Made by a program: the position numbers and the translations under genes. DNA of 62,634 nucleotides. Origin: Methanobacteriota archaeon (GTDB lineage Archaea > Thermoplasmatota > Poseidoniia > Poseidoniales > Poseidoniaceae). Shown here one piece after another: positions 1 through 9,200 of the stretch; within the stretch, counting starts at the first letter, position 1, and each line of letters opens with the position of its first letter. A model generated the notes under the pieces. That model did not search any database and had not been told where the DNA came from. It was given only the letters and a program-made list of their open reading frames with translations. The DNA is taken from the NCBI GenBank assembly GCA_018667575.1, contig JABIUA010000017.1, forward strand, positions 1 through 62,634, read 5' to 3'.

Positions 1-488
1 CTTCTAGCGAAGTTAGAATTATTACACTTAGGACAATCCCAGTCGCCATCATTTGAGTCATTTCTTCCTCGATTACCTCTGTCGAAATTCCCACGGCCCC
101 CGTCTCTGGAGCCTCTATCGAAATTCCCACGGCCACCGTCTCTGCGACCACCATCTCTGGAGCCTCTGTCGAAATTTCCACTGCCACCGTCTCTACGGCC
201 ATCGCCTCTAGAATCTCTATCTCTAGATGATGGGTATCTTTCTTCTCGTGGCTTTTTAGCACGGATATTAACTTCTTCACCAACTAGTGAGTTCAAATCT
301 AATTTACGATCGATGTGCCCAACGTGGGCCATTGGCGAATCTGTATTCCCCAGTACACCGTCAATTTTACCGATATAAATCCCATCTGAGGCTCTAATAA
401 TGATTGAGTCAAGAGCAGGCGAAGAGCCTCCAAAGGAAAGTAGTAAGCCACCTTCGTGGCTCATAGAATCTATAGTACCGGAAAACAT
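1..488 (-). CDS. Gar1-like domain + RGG/RDGG repeats + RanBP2-type zinc finger protein (3' end truncated by window edge)
   Basis: Not in the ORF track. Manual translation from ATG at 488: MFSGTIDSMSHEGGLLLSFGGSSPALDSIIIRASDGIYIGKIDGVLGNTDSPMAHV (archaeal Gar1 pattern), then RDGGRGNFDRGS repeats, then DGDWDCPKCNNSNFAR (RanBP2 ZnF start). Open to position 1. Confidence 0.8.
   Translation of the reverse strand, partial: MFSGTIDSMSHEGGLLLSFGGSSPALDSIIIRASDGIYIGKIDGVLGNTDSPMAHVGHIDRKLDLNSLVGEEVNIRAKKPREERYPSSRDRDSRGDGRRDGGSGNFDRGSRDGGRRDGGRGNFDRGSRDGGRGNFDRGNRGRNDSNDGDWDCPKCNNSNFAR
78..205 (-). repeat. Imperfect coding tandem repeats (RDGG-x-GNFDRG units)
   Basis: Three recurrences of tcgaaatt(c/t)ccac...ccgtctct on the + strand, encoding GNFDRG/RDGG units on the - strand. 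Confidence 0.75.
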
Positions 489-521
489 GTTAATCACTTT
501 TATTATTGGGAGGTTGCGAAA

Positions 522-2465
522 TCATTCTTCTTGCTTTCTTAGAGCAAACGCAGCCCCTAGAAGAGTGACAGTCAGAGTTGCCATCAAAGAAACACCGGGT
601 AATCCTGAGCTTTCAGAATCTCCGTTATCACTGTCAGTTGTTGATTGCGAGTCGTCATCATTTGCATAAGGGTCCTTTACCATCACGCTAAGAGTGCTTA
701 TGACGCCAGATTCATCAGTTGCAGAGATTGTGACATCGTAATCAGTAATTCCTTGTTGAACACATGTAGCGATTGAAACATCGATTTCCCAGTTCTTTCC
801 AACTTTAGTGAAATCAGATGCCTGTGAGCCACACAATGCCAGTGAAAGAGTTACTGCTTCACCATCAGGGTCGATTACTTCACCTTTCAAAGTGAATTTC
901 AATCCACTGGCATCCCAAGTTCCATTCTTTCCTTCGAAGTTAACTTTAATTTCTAGGACAGGAGGTAAACTTACCTTTTCTAGACCGAAGTCTAGCATAA
1001 AGTCGAAATTCAACATATTGCTGTTTTGAGCGCTACCCATAACCATTACACTACCAGGTCTAAGTCCTTCCATAGGTAGTGATATTGTCACAGGTGCGTT
1101 GGTTATTGAAGCAGACCGCATGGTCCCCATTATCTGCATTTGATGCGCATGTGCTGCTACACTTAATTCACTTACCAGTCCGGTAGGAGTTACTGTGAAG
1201 TCAACATTTTCACCATCGGTAATTTCTGCAGTCGCAGTGAATGGCTGTCCAAATGTGAATGTGAGTGTATCATTGTTTTGAGCGCCAAATGGGTCCTTAA
1301 TTGCACATTCAGCAGTAGTTATAGCAGTTCCAGAAGGCGATGTTACTAGGAGGTCGCCATCTTGATTTTGTCTTGAAGACCAACCCACATCAGCGAATGT
1401 ACACTCTAGATTCCAACCATTTGTGTCGCTAGCCCATGTGCTAATTTCATCTCCTAATACAGCGGAGTATTCTCCACCATTCATTATTGGAATGATTGTA
1501 TTATCGCTTGGAGCAGCGCCAGTCCATTGTGGAATATCATTAGATTCTGGTGCATCAGTGGTGAAATCAATAAAGAGATTTCTTCCAATTGGCCAGTCCG
1601 CCTTATCATAGTTTACTTTTTGACTGACTCTTAGTCGTCCATCCGGAAGATAAATTTCTTCTGGTTCGAATGAACTTATCTCGACACCATCATCTCTCAT
1701 GCTAAAATTAGCAATTCTAAGGCCTTGAAGTACAGGGAAAGTTAGCATTAGCTCTGCATTTGTCATATTTGTTACATTTAATGCTAGAGTAAAGTTAGAG
1801 TCACCTTGGTTTGGTAGTTGATCGAATCTTAAATTATTAGATTCTCCATTTTTAACGAATAGTGAAATTTGGAGGTCGTCAGTAACACTAACTGGAACTT
1901 CTGTACAGTTGGATGATGCCAGTAGATTTTGACAGTTACGTTCTTCAGAGTTGCCCTCAGGTACTAAGTCAACTTCGTCTAGAGCAATTCCTTCTTCAAC
2001 AAATTCAAAGTCATTCCAATCAACACCACCACGGTGAGGTATTCCTTCACGGAGTCCGAGCCTTGTATCCATATCTTCAATACACTTTGGCCCAATTTCT
2101 CTTACTGCTTCTCTTTCATCGGTACTAATCCATGAGTTGTTTCCACCGGGTGCTCCATCGAAGAGTCCGTCGAGATTTTCTCTAACTGTTGCTGAGTTAC
2201 TTCCGTTGACATATGCTGTAGCGCTCATACTCGAAGTAGCCCAGTCATCTTCGATATCTATGTCGAATAGAGCAAAGTTATAGTCGAATAAGTCTTCAAA
2301 TGTTAAACCTGAACAATCAACATCATCCAGTTGTCTTCCGCTTGCTTCCATTACCTTCTTTTCGTCTAGTTGGGACTCTTCAGCCAGTGGCGTAAGGGTC
2401 ATCATAATCATCAAGATAATTAGTCCGATTGCGGTCGAATGTACAGTGAAACGGTTTCCTGCCAT
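522..2465 (-). CDS. Secreted acidic cell-surface protein with PGF-CTERM-like C-terminal anchor
   Basis: N-terminal signal/TM, Asp-rich linker, then LPGV + hydrophobic helix + RKQEE. Confidence 0.75.
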   Translation of the reverse strand: MAGNRFTVHSTAIGLIILMIMMTLTPLAEESQLDEKKVMEASGRQLDDVDCSGLTFEDLFDYNFALFDIDIEDDWATSSMSATAYVNGSNSATVRENLDGLFDGAPGGNNSWISTDEREAVREIGPKCIEDMDTRLGLREGIPHRGGVDWNDFEFVEEGIALDEVDLVPEGNSEERNCQNLLASSNCTEVPVSVTDDLQISLFVKNGESNNLRFDQLPNQGDSNFTLALNVTNMTNAELMLTFPVLQGLRIANFSMRDDGVEISSFEPEEIYLPDGRLRVSQKVNYDKADWPIGRNLFIDFTTDAPESNDIPQWTGAAPSDNTIIPIMNGGEYSAVLGDEISTWASDTNGWNLECTFADVGWSSRQNQDGDLLVTSPSGTAITTAECAIKDPFGAQNNDTLTFTFGQPFTATAEITDGENVDFTVTPTGLVSELSVAAHAHQMQIMGTMRSASITNAPVTISLPMEGLRPGSVMVMGSAQNSNMLNFDFMLDFGLEKVSLPPVLEIKVNFEGKNGTWDASGLKFTLKGEVIDPDGEAVTLSLALCGSQASDFTKVGKNWEIDVSIATCVQQGITDYDVTISATDESGVISTLSVMVKDPYANDDDSQSTTDSDNGDSESSGLPGVSLMATLTVTLLGAAFALRKQEE

Positions 2466-2525
2466 ATCGTTGCCTATTCTCCGCTCGTCTAATACTCTTC
2501 GGCCTCTTGAAGTATAAATTTCAGT

Positions 2526-3356
2526 TTATGGCTGTATTATTTTCATTCTAGAATTGAACCAATACCACGGTACGAGAGACCAAATCAAAGCAACAAACCA
2601 CGAGATTAGCGGTGAAACTCCTCTTTCTACACCAGTTAATCGCGTTTCAAGTAAATGATGGAATACTCCATTGGGGGAAAATAAGTCCAGTACCCCCTCT
2701 AAATCTATCCATTTGGGGTCATTTTCTTCTCCAATTGAAACTCCAGATGCAAATGCCACCATGGTAGTCACTAGAGCCCAAAGGAAAGTAAATAGGAACC
2801 ATACACCAACTCCAAAAGCAATTGATGTGCCCTGTTCTCTAGCGTGTGATGAAGCGATTAGTGAGAACAGAACATACCATAACAAGATCAATGCTACAGA
2901 GATGAAGGATGTTAATGCATCTATAATACTCGGCCAATCACCCATACGATAGTTTACGATGACATAGGAAATAGCCCATAAAATCCATGTTGGTATGAGT
3001 ATCGCTAGCCAATGTCCAACCACCAAAGACAAAGACTGATGCGAACGTTGCATAGGTTGTGAGAGTTTGATTTCTAAAACTCCGCTTGCTCTATCTTTAC
3101 TGATCCCATCAAAAGATAGTAGAACTGCACACATAGTGGCTCCAAATACAATCCCTAAACTGGTATAGAACATCACTTCAGTTGCCGAAGATGGAGTTAT
3201 CCCTCCAGGTAACATGACTTTAGGGTCTGAAAATCCCCATGCCATGCCTGGTATGAACAGAATTAGTATTGGTAACATTATCGCCATTCTAGCAGAGAAG
3301 AGTCGATTTGAAAGATGCGCTATTGTGACGCTTCGAACCTTCTTGTAACTACTCAT
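2526..3356 (-). CDS. ABC-2 type transporter permease
   Basis: About 6 TM helices; motif DGISKDRASGVLEIKLSQPM; overlaps the ATPase gene by 4 nt. Confidence 0.85.
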   Translation of the reverse strand: MSSYKKVRSVTIAHLSNRLFSARMAIMLPILILFIPGMAWGFSDPKVMLPGGITPSSATEVMFYTSLGIVFGATMCAVLLSFDGISKDRASGVLEIKLSQPMQRSHQSLSLVVGHWLAILIPTWILWAISYVIVNYRMGDWPSIIDALTSFISVALILLWYVLFSLIASSHAREQGTSIAFGVGVWFLFTFLWALVTTMVAFASGVSIGEENDPKWIDLEGVLDLFSPNGVFHHLLETRLTGVERGVSPLISWFVALIWSLVPWYWFNSRMKIIQP

Positions 3357-4381
3357 TCCTCCTCACCTCTAGTTTTGTAAGGCATCATTGTTGAAGATAC
3401 TACGTTAAACCCGATTTCCTCCAATTCAAGACCTGTAGCAGAACATATCATTTCCACTATATCTGTATCTTTGGATTTCCAAGTATTAATCTTAATATTA
3501 GATGATACTAACTTGTTTAGTAAATTATCATCTTTATCTCTAACCACAACAGTCCAGCCAAGCTCTGTATGCTGAGATTGTAATATAGAATTAGAATCTG
3601 TGATTATTTTTTCAAAGTTAGGCATCTTACCAGGTCCTTGAATTTCTATACGATTATCCAATTCAAATTCGCTTTCGATGTCTTTTAATGTTCCCTCAAT
3701 TAGTAATTGACCCTTGTGAAGCAATGCGAGTCTGTCGACTATATGCACCATTCCAGCAACTCTGTGCGATGATATAATAATTGAAACTCCTTTCATAGCC
3801 AACTCATTTAATAATTTTTCAAATGCCCTAATTGCTACGGGGTCTAAGCCGTTGAATGGTTCATCTAGTAAGAGAATTTTTGGTGAACCAAGTAATGCGG
3901 TTGCTAGAGTTAACCTTTGACGCATTCCTTGACTGAGTTGGTCTAACTCTGAGTCCTTCATTTCAGATAGTCCGACCATAGTTAGAATTCCATCTACTCG
4001 AAATGCGACTCCTCGCATTTCAGCAATATCTTCCAATGCTCTTTTCACGGTTGTTTTACCCTGCCATCGAACTTGCTCAGGCATGTGACCAACTACAGAG
4101 CGAAGTTCCATTTCAGAGATTGATGATAGATTATTTGATTTTGATTTATTATATTTTATCTTGCCTTTTTGAATTGGATAAATTCCTGCTAAAATTCGCA
4201 TCAAAGTAGTCTTACCAGCACCATTAGGTCCTACTAATCCCAATATTTGACCTCGGCGAAGTTTAAGATTGAGCGAAAAAATACCGGAGCCTTGTGTTTT
4301 TCCAAATGGTTTGGACAAACTCCGTGAAGAGATTGAATGCCTAAATGCGGCATCCTCCAACTCTAGCACCACATCCGACAT
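3353..4381 (-). CDS. ABC transporter ATP-binding protein (ABC-2/CcmA-like)
   Basis: Walker A GPNGAGKT, signature LSQGMRQR, Walker B LLLDEP, H-loop SSH. Confidence 0.93.
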   Translation of the reverse strand: MSDVVLELEDAAFRHSISSRSLSKPFGKTQGSGIFSLNLKLRRGQILGLVGPNGAGKTTLMRILAGIYPIQKGKIKYNKSKSNNLSSISEMELRSVVGHMPEQVRWQGKTTVKRALEDIAEMRGVAFRVDGILTMVGLSEMKDSELDQLSQGMRQRLTLATALLGSPKILLLDEPFNGLDPVAIRAFEKLLNELAMKGVSIIISSHRVAGMVHIVDRLALLHKGQLLIEGTLKDIESEFELDNRIEIQGPGKMPNFEKIITDSNSILQSQHTELGWTVVVRDKDDNLLNKLVSSNIKINTWKSKDTDIVEMICSATGLELEEIGFNVVSSTMMPYKTRGEEE

Positions 4382-4480
4382 GGTTTGGCCTTGAAGTTAT
4401 CATTTGACAATCTACCGTTCGATGCTGGATATTACGAAAGCCTCTTTCAATATGACATATGTCCAGTGTCGAGGGTCGAA

Positions 4481-5377
4481 ATGTTTGGCGGTGTAATTAC
4501 AACACTCCTTCTTTTGGCACTAGTTGCAGGTCTTGTTATTTACAACAAGAAGAAAATAGAATCTGAAGGGCGTGATTTTGATAGAAATGAGATAATCGGT
4601 GAATATGGAATTGAGGTTTTAGCCATCTCAATTTTACTTTTATGGATCGTACCATGGGGATTATTCATAATAATTCCAGTAATTTTACTTATTTCTTCAG
4701 TCAGTCCGGCGGGTAGACATTCATGGAAACAATTTACTAGAACACGAATCTATGTTATTCTGTCTCTATGTATGGTTTTGATGGCTGGAGGTTTCATTCC
4801 AGTATCAGAACCAATTTCTCCATCACAATGGGGAGAACCTATTCTCAAAGAGAACCCAAATGCTCCAATCTATCCTTCGGGTAATCAATATACATGGGTA
4901 ATGCTTCCATCAGATGGAGGATTAAATGTAGAAATTGTGCAATCGTTAAAATTACGTATTCCTCATCAATTCAGTCAATTAGCATCAGCTTCAACATCTC
5001 TTAATCTAGCGGATATTTTCAATATGGAGCAATCTAGATTGAAGCAGGCTGTGGAATTATTAGATGAACAAATAGTGCTGAATTTAGATTCAGATGAAAT
5101 GAATTTAGTAGAGATAATATCTGCAGATAAACATAATTACGTCGATTCAGCGACAGGAAATGAGTATAATTTAGATATTCGGCTCTATGAATTGAGAAGT
5201 CTAACATTGAGTTCAGATATTGATGGATTTAAGGTCGGTGAGGTACTTTGTGCAGCATCAGGTACATGGGGTGGTGAACTAGACTTGTTAGTAATAGTTA
5301 GACCAATAAGTCATTCAGGTATTCAACAAGACCGGTTTGCTGAGACTCTTGTATCACAATGGATTTCCTCTAGATAG
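4481..5377 (+). CDS. Hypothetical membrane protein
   Basis: ORF 4385-5377; likely start ATG 4481 (MFGGV). 3-4 N-terminal TM segments, then a soluble domain. Confidence 0.7.
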   Translation: MFGGVITTLLLLALVAGLVIYNKKKIESEGRDFDRNEIIGEYGIEVLAISILLLWIVPWGLFIIIPVILLISSVSPAGRHSWKQFTRTRIYVILSLCMVLMAGGFIPVSEPISPSQWGEPILKENPNAPIYPSGNQYTWVMLPSDGGLNVEIVQSLKLRIPHQFSQLASASTSLNLADIFNMEQSRLKQAVELLDEQIVLNLDSDEMNLVEIISADKHNYVDSATGNEYNLDIRLYELRSLTLSSDIDGFKVGEVLCAASGTWGGELDLLVIVRPISHSGIQQDRFAETLVSQWISSR

Positions 5378-5436
5378 AGAAATTTGTATAAATTTCGTAT
5401 ACATATTATTGATAATGAATAATTAAACCGACTATC

Positions 5437-5940
5437 ATGGGCGAGCGTCTTTTGACTGTTGATTCAGTAGTCGAAAAGTATTGCATCTCCAGTAATAGAG
5501 TCAAGAGTATCATTTACCAGTCCCTCGGTTCACTATTCACATTATTTGCTTTTATTGGCATATTCATTCCGGGTTGGCCTACTGTATCTTGGGCTGTTCC
5601 GGCTGCTTTCTTATTTTCCTTGTCAAATGAAAAATTGTTTAGATGGTCATTAACAAACAAATTCTTTGGTAAGAAAATGTTTGAATATTATGCTACTGGT
5701 AAATCATTGCCTAATCATGTAAAATATATTATCATGGCAATGGTTGGCGTAATGACAACTATTTCAGCATACTTAGTTTGGTATGTTTCTACTAAAGGTG
5801 ACGGTACATTATTCGAAACCGATTCATGGAATGGTGCGGACAAGTATGCTATGGGCTCTATTACAATTTTATTTATTGGCCTACTAGGCATGATTTATAT
5901 CAAATATTTTGTAAATACACGTAACTTCAGCCAAAGTTGA
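5437..5940 (+). CDS. YbaN/DUF454 family inner-membrane protein
   Basis: GIFIPGWPTV...AAFLFSLSNEKLFRWSLTNKFFG matches the DUF454 pattern GxxLPxxPT...AA..F..S..(R/K)...W...FG. Confidence 0.8.
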   Translation: MGERLLTVDSVVEKYCISSNRVKSIIYQSLGSLFTLFAFIGIFIPGWPTVSWAVPAAFLFSLSNEKLFRWSLTNKFFGKKMFEYYATGKSLPNHVKYIIMAMVGVMTTISAYLVWYVSTKGDGTLFETDSWNGADKYAMGSITILFIGLLGMIYIKYFVNTRNFSQS

Positions 5941-5945
5941 AGTTT

Positions 5946-5959
5946 TTAGGGCAACCAAA
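5946..5959. promoter_or_regulatory. Putative DtxR/SirR-family operator (TTAGG-GCAA-CCAAA), just upstream of TATA box TTTATAA (5961-5967)
   Basis: One-mismatch copy of TTAGG-N4-CCTAA; two further copies at 6932 and 6966. Confidence 0.6.
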
Positions 5960-5989
5960 GTTTATAATTCACAGAAGAGCCCCAATATC

Positions 5990-6910
5990 ATGTCTAGTTG
6001 GTTGAAGAGGCTCCTAGCCGGGGTTTTGGTTGTATTGCTCATTGGAGGTAGCGCTTGGTATTTCTTAGTGTCCAATTATTCAGCAGAGTTGACCACAGAG
6101 AATGAAATTTTATCCGAGGATCACCCCGATAAGGTTTCAAATCAAACTTCTGATAACTTGCTCCAACTTTCATTTTCATATGGAGAAGATAACCTTGATT
6201 GGTCTAAGTTGGCTATGTCAGTTAGTGATGGTGTAAATACCTATGATTGTACTAAAAGCGGTCTTACCTCTAGTATAATTCATGATGGCGTCATACAAAC
6301 CAAACTAAACTCGGATGGTAATAGTTTTACGATTGAGGCCAACTCCGATTCAGATGATTTTGTATCCCTAAGTTTCTCCGATATGCAACAGACCAACGAT
6401 AGCAATTACAGTATCAGTTTTTCTAAAACTGACATATTTCTAGGAGAAAAGGTCTCCGGATATGTTTCAGATGAAGAATTTCAAAATGTAAATACGGTCC
6501 CTACTGGAGAGCCGACTGAATCATCCGATTCTAGATTAGAATGGTACGATTATGATATTTCAGTTCATCGAGTCATACCCAAGGAAATAACTTACATCGT
6601 GAACGAAAGTAATATTTTTTACAAAATACAATTCCTAAGTTACTATAATTCGAATGATGAATCACGGTATATTTCTTTTATTATTTCAACCATTGGAGAC
6701 GATGATTCTCCCGCTCTTAGTAACGAAGATTTGACTAAGGAGTCACATTGTATTATCTCTTCTACCAATGATACAGTTTGGAAATATGATGAAGTAATTT
6801 CACTATCCGAGAATAGTTTTGATATCTGTAGTATGTCTTGTTCGTTAGAAGTCCATGTTCGCTACCTAAACCAAGTAGTGAAAGGAATTAGTGAACTTGA
6901 AGTCGAGTGA
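5990..6910 (+). CDS. Membrane-anchored protein with HmuY-like (heme-binding) domain
   Basis: N-terminal TM. WYDYDISVHRVIP...YIV...YKIQFLSYYN...YISF resembles the HmuY C-terminal signature WYxY...H..P...Y.....K.Q..SYY. Confidence 0.65.
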   Translation: MSSWLKRLLAGVLVVLLIGGSAWYFLVSNYSAELTTENEILSEDHPDKVSNQTSDNLLQLSFSYGEDNLDWSKLAMSVSDGVNTYDCTKSGLTSSIIHDGVIQTKLNSDGNSFTIEANSDSDDFVSLSFSDMQQTNDSNYSISFSKTDIFLGEKVSGYVSDEEFQNVNTVPTGEPTESSDSRLEWYDYDISVHRVIPKEITYIVNESNIFYKIQFLSYYNSNDESRYISFIISTIGDDDSPALSNEDLTKESHCIISSTNDTVWKYDEVISLSENSFDICSMSCSLEVHVRYLNQVVKGISELEVE

Positions 6911-6931
6911 GGAAAGTGTATTTCTGATTTT

Positions 6932-6945
6932 TTAGGGGGGCCTAA
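6932..6945. promoter_or_regulatory. Putative DtxR/SirR-family operator TTAGG-GGGG-CCTAA
   Basis: Perfect 5-N4-5 inverted repeat just upstream of TATA-like TTATATA (6949-6955). Confidence 0.7.
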
Positions 6946-6965
6946 TAATTATATATCAGCCACTT

Positions 6966-6979
6966 TTCGGCCACCCTAA
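6966..6979. promoter_or_regulatory. Putative DtxR/SirR-family operator TTCGG-CCAC-CCTAA
   Basis: One-mismatch copy (extended TTTTCGG-N4-CCTAAAA) between the TATA box and the start codon. Confidence 0.65.
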
Positions 6980-6983
6980 AAGA

Positions 6984-9200
6984 GTGATTAAAATGTGGAA
7001 AACAAAACTTGCGAAATCGAGCCTAATGGTACTATTGATGTTGACAACAGCTATGGCTGGATGTATTGGTGGGGATGATGAATCATCTTCTTCAAGTGAT
7101 AACTGTACTGGCGATGAATTGAAAATCGCATATGAAATTAAAGAAGACCTGATTGATACTGAACTATCAAACCCCCAACAAATAGCGGATTATCTTTGTG
7201 AAAAGTTAGATATGGACGTATCTCTGTATGATGTTGGAAGTTCAGGAATTGCTATGGAAGCACTTCGTTTTGGAAATGCTGACATTGCCATGAATATCGA
7301 TGGCGGACCTGCTTGGGTTGGCTGGAATGCATATGGCCTAGATGTTATGGCTGCAGATACCAAAAGTGATGGTCGTGCTTACTATGATGCCCATGCTTGG
7401 GTCAAATCAGACTCTGATGTAGCAGCTGCCCATTTGGACAATGATGACTCAACCGATCCATTTTCTCTACTTTCTGGTAAGACTTCTTGTCACACTGGCT
7501 GGTTAAAGTCTGCTGGAATGTTGATGCCCATGGGTTATCTAATTGGCAATGGTTATGTCACAGTTCAGGGAGATATGTCGGATACTGAGACACTCAGAAC
7601 TACAATTAATGATTACTTTGATGGAAGTACGAGTTCTGGCAATCCTGCTTCGATTCCAGAAAGTGGAGCATTGTATTCAGGATATGACGGAGCAATTGAA
7701 TGCTTGAGTTCTGGATATGGAGATGTGGCTTTTGTAAAGGATTCGACACCAGGTTCATATTGTGCCAATGAAGATACTACACTGAATCAAGCATGGTGTT
7801 TAGATATGACTCAATATGTCGCATTACCGAAATTTGGTTCTTCTCCTAGTCACTCTGTTATGTACAACAGTGATGTACTTGCAGCAGATAAAGTGACTCT
7901 TATCCAAGATGCTCTTGTAGCGATGAAGGACGATTCAAGTGGTTTAGATATCCTAAGCAATGTACTAGGTACAGAAGCTATGATTTCTACAGACACGGAA
8001 ACTCACTTGGGAACCTACGGAGATGCGCTTCAAAACATCCCTGGTATTTCTAGTAAGTATGGAAATGCTTTCACAAATGGCTCTCAAACAGCTCCAATAA
8101 AATCTACAATTAATGTTGCATATTATTTGGCTGATGACGCAAGTGCAAATGCTGATGCTCAAGGTATGGCAGACAGACTCGCCTCTGACCTTGGAGTGAA
8201 TGTCAACTTGTATGACGTGTCCTCTGAAGGAATGATAATACAAGCTTTGAGGTTTGGAAATGCTGATATTGGATTTATGGAAGGTGGTCCAGCATGGATT
8301 GGTTGGAAGCAGTATGGTCTGTCGGTATTGGCGGTTGAAACAACCACAATGTACGGCGATACTCATTACAATGCCTCTGCATGGGTCCTAAATGGTTCAG
8401 ATATTGCGAATGCTCACTTAGATGGCGACGAATCAACGGACCCCTTCGCATTAATGGCTGGTAAAACTTCATGCCACACTGGATGGCTCAAATCCGCTGG
8501 GATGCTGATGCCTATGGGTTATCTCATCAAGAATGGTTACGTGACTGCAGTTGGCGACGACTCTGATATCAATTCCCTTCGCACAACAATAGACACTCAT
8601 TTCGATGGTTCAACAAGTAATGGAAACCCAGCATCAATACCTGATTCTGGTGCTTTATACTCTGGATATGGTGGAGCCATTGAGTGCTTAAGTGCTGGAT
8701 ATGGTGATGTAGCCTTTGCTAAAGGTGATGATTTTAGTACTCCTGAAAAGTATTGTGGAGATGACGATGCATCAGAAAATGAAGATTGGTGCCTTGCAAT
8801 GGATCAATACATCCAATTGCCATCATTTGGACAATCTCCAAGCCACCCTGTAATGTATAACCCAGATAAGTTAGATATCCATACTCGCAATGCAATTTTG
8901 AATGCAATGTTGAGTTGGAACGATGAAATGTGGATTGAGGACTACCCTATGGGCGGCCAAAATTATACTGGATGTTACAACATAGTGACCCACCAAGTTG
9001 CTGATATTCCTATGAATCAATGTGGTGGAGAGATTCTATCTTCAGTTACTTCTAAGGGTTATGGATTAAAAGCAGGAAACAGTCAAAATCATTTGGCTAG
9101 CTATTCCGACCTTTTAGGCTCGGTACCTGGACTTTCCGAATATTACCATTCTGCAGATAAGTACGGCATCACTGATGCTGAAACTTCTGAACAGGAATGA
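6984..9200 (+). CDS. Bilobal transferrin-like (PhnD/transferrin superfamily) ABC substrate-binding lipoprotein
   Basis: Lipobox AMAGC; internal duplication. Each lobe has (D/E)GG, YxAxAWV, SCHTGWLKSAG, YSGYxGAIECL, GDVAF and PSH motifs. Likely start ATG 6993. Confidence 0.85.
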   Translation: MIKMWKTKLAKSSLMVLLMLTTAMAGCIGGDDESSSSSDNCTGDELKIAYEIKEDLIDTELSNPQQIADYLCEKLDMDVSLYDVGSSGIAMEALRFGNADIAMNIDGGPAWVGWNAYGLDVMAADTKSDGRAYYDAHAWVKSDSDVAAAHLDNDDSTDPFSLLSGKTSCHTGWLKSAGMLMPMGYLIGNGYVTVQGDMSDTETLRTTINDYFDGSTSSGNPASIPESGALYSGYDGAIECLSSGYGDVAFVKDSTPGSYCANEDTTLNQAWCLDMTQYVALPKFGSSPSHSVMYNSDVLAADKVTLIQDALVAMKDDSSGLDILSNVLGTEAMISTDTETHLGTYGDALQNIPGISSKYGNAFTNGSQTAPIKSTINVAYYLADDASANADAQGMADRLASDLGVNVNLYDVSSEGMIIQALRFGNADIGFMEGGPAWIGWKQYGLSVLAVETTTMYGDTHYNASAWVLNGSDIANAHLDGDESTDPFALMAGKTSCHTGWLKSAGMLMPMGYLIKNGYVTAVGDDSDINSLRTTIDTHFDGSTSNGNPASIPDSGALYSGYGGAIECLSAGYGDVAFAKGDDFSTPEKYCGDDDASENEDWCLAMDQYIQLPSFGQSPSHPVMYNPDKLDIHTRNAILNAMLSWNDEMWIEDYPMGGQNYTGCYNIVTHQVADIPMNQCGGEILSSVTSKGYGLKAGNSQNHLASYSDLLGSVPGLSEYYHSADKYGITDAETSEQE

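Noticed and set aside
5379..5425. Palindrome GAAATTT-GTAT-AAATTTC and Fur-like GATAATGAATAAT upstream of ybaN
   Set aside because: Very AT-rich, single copies and a poor match to the Fur 7-1-7 box; could be chance or a terminator.
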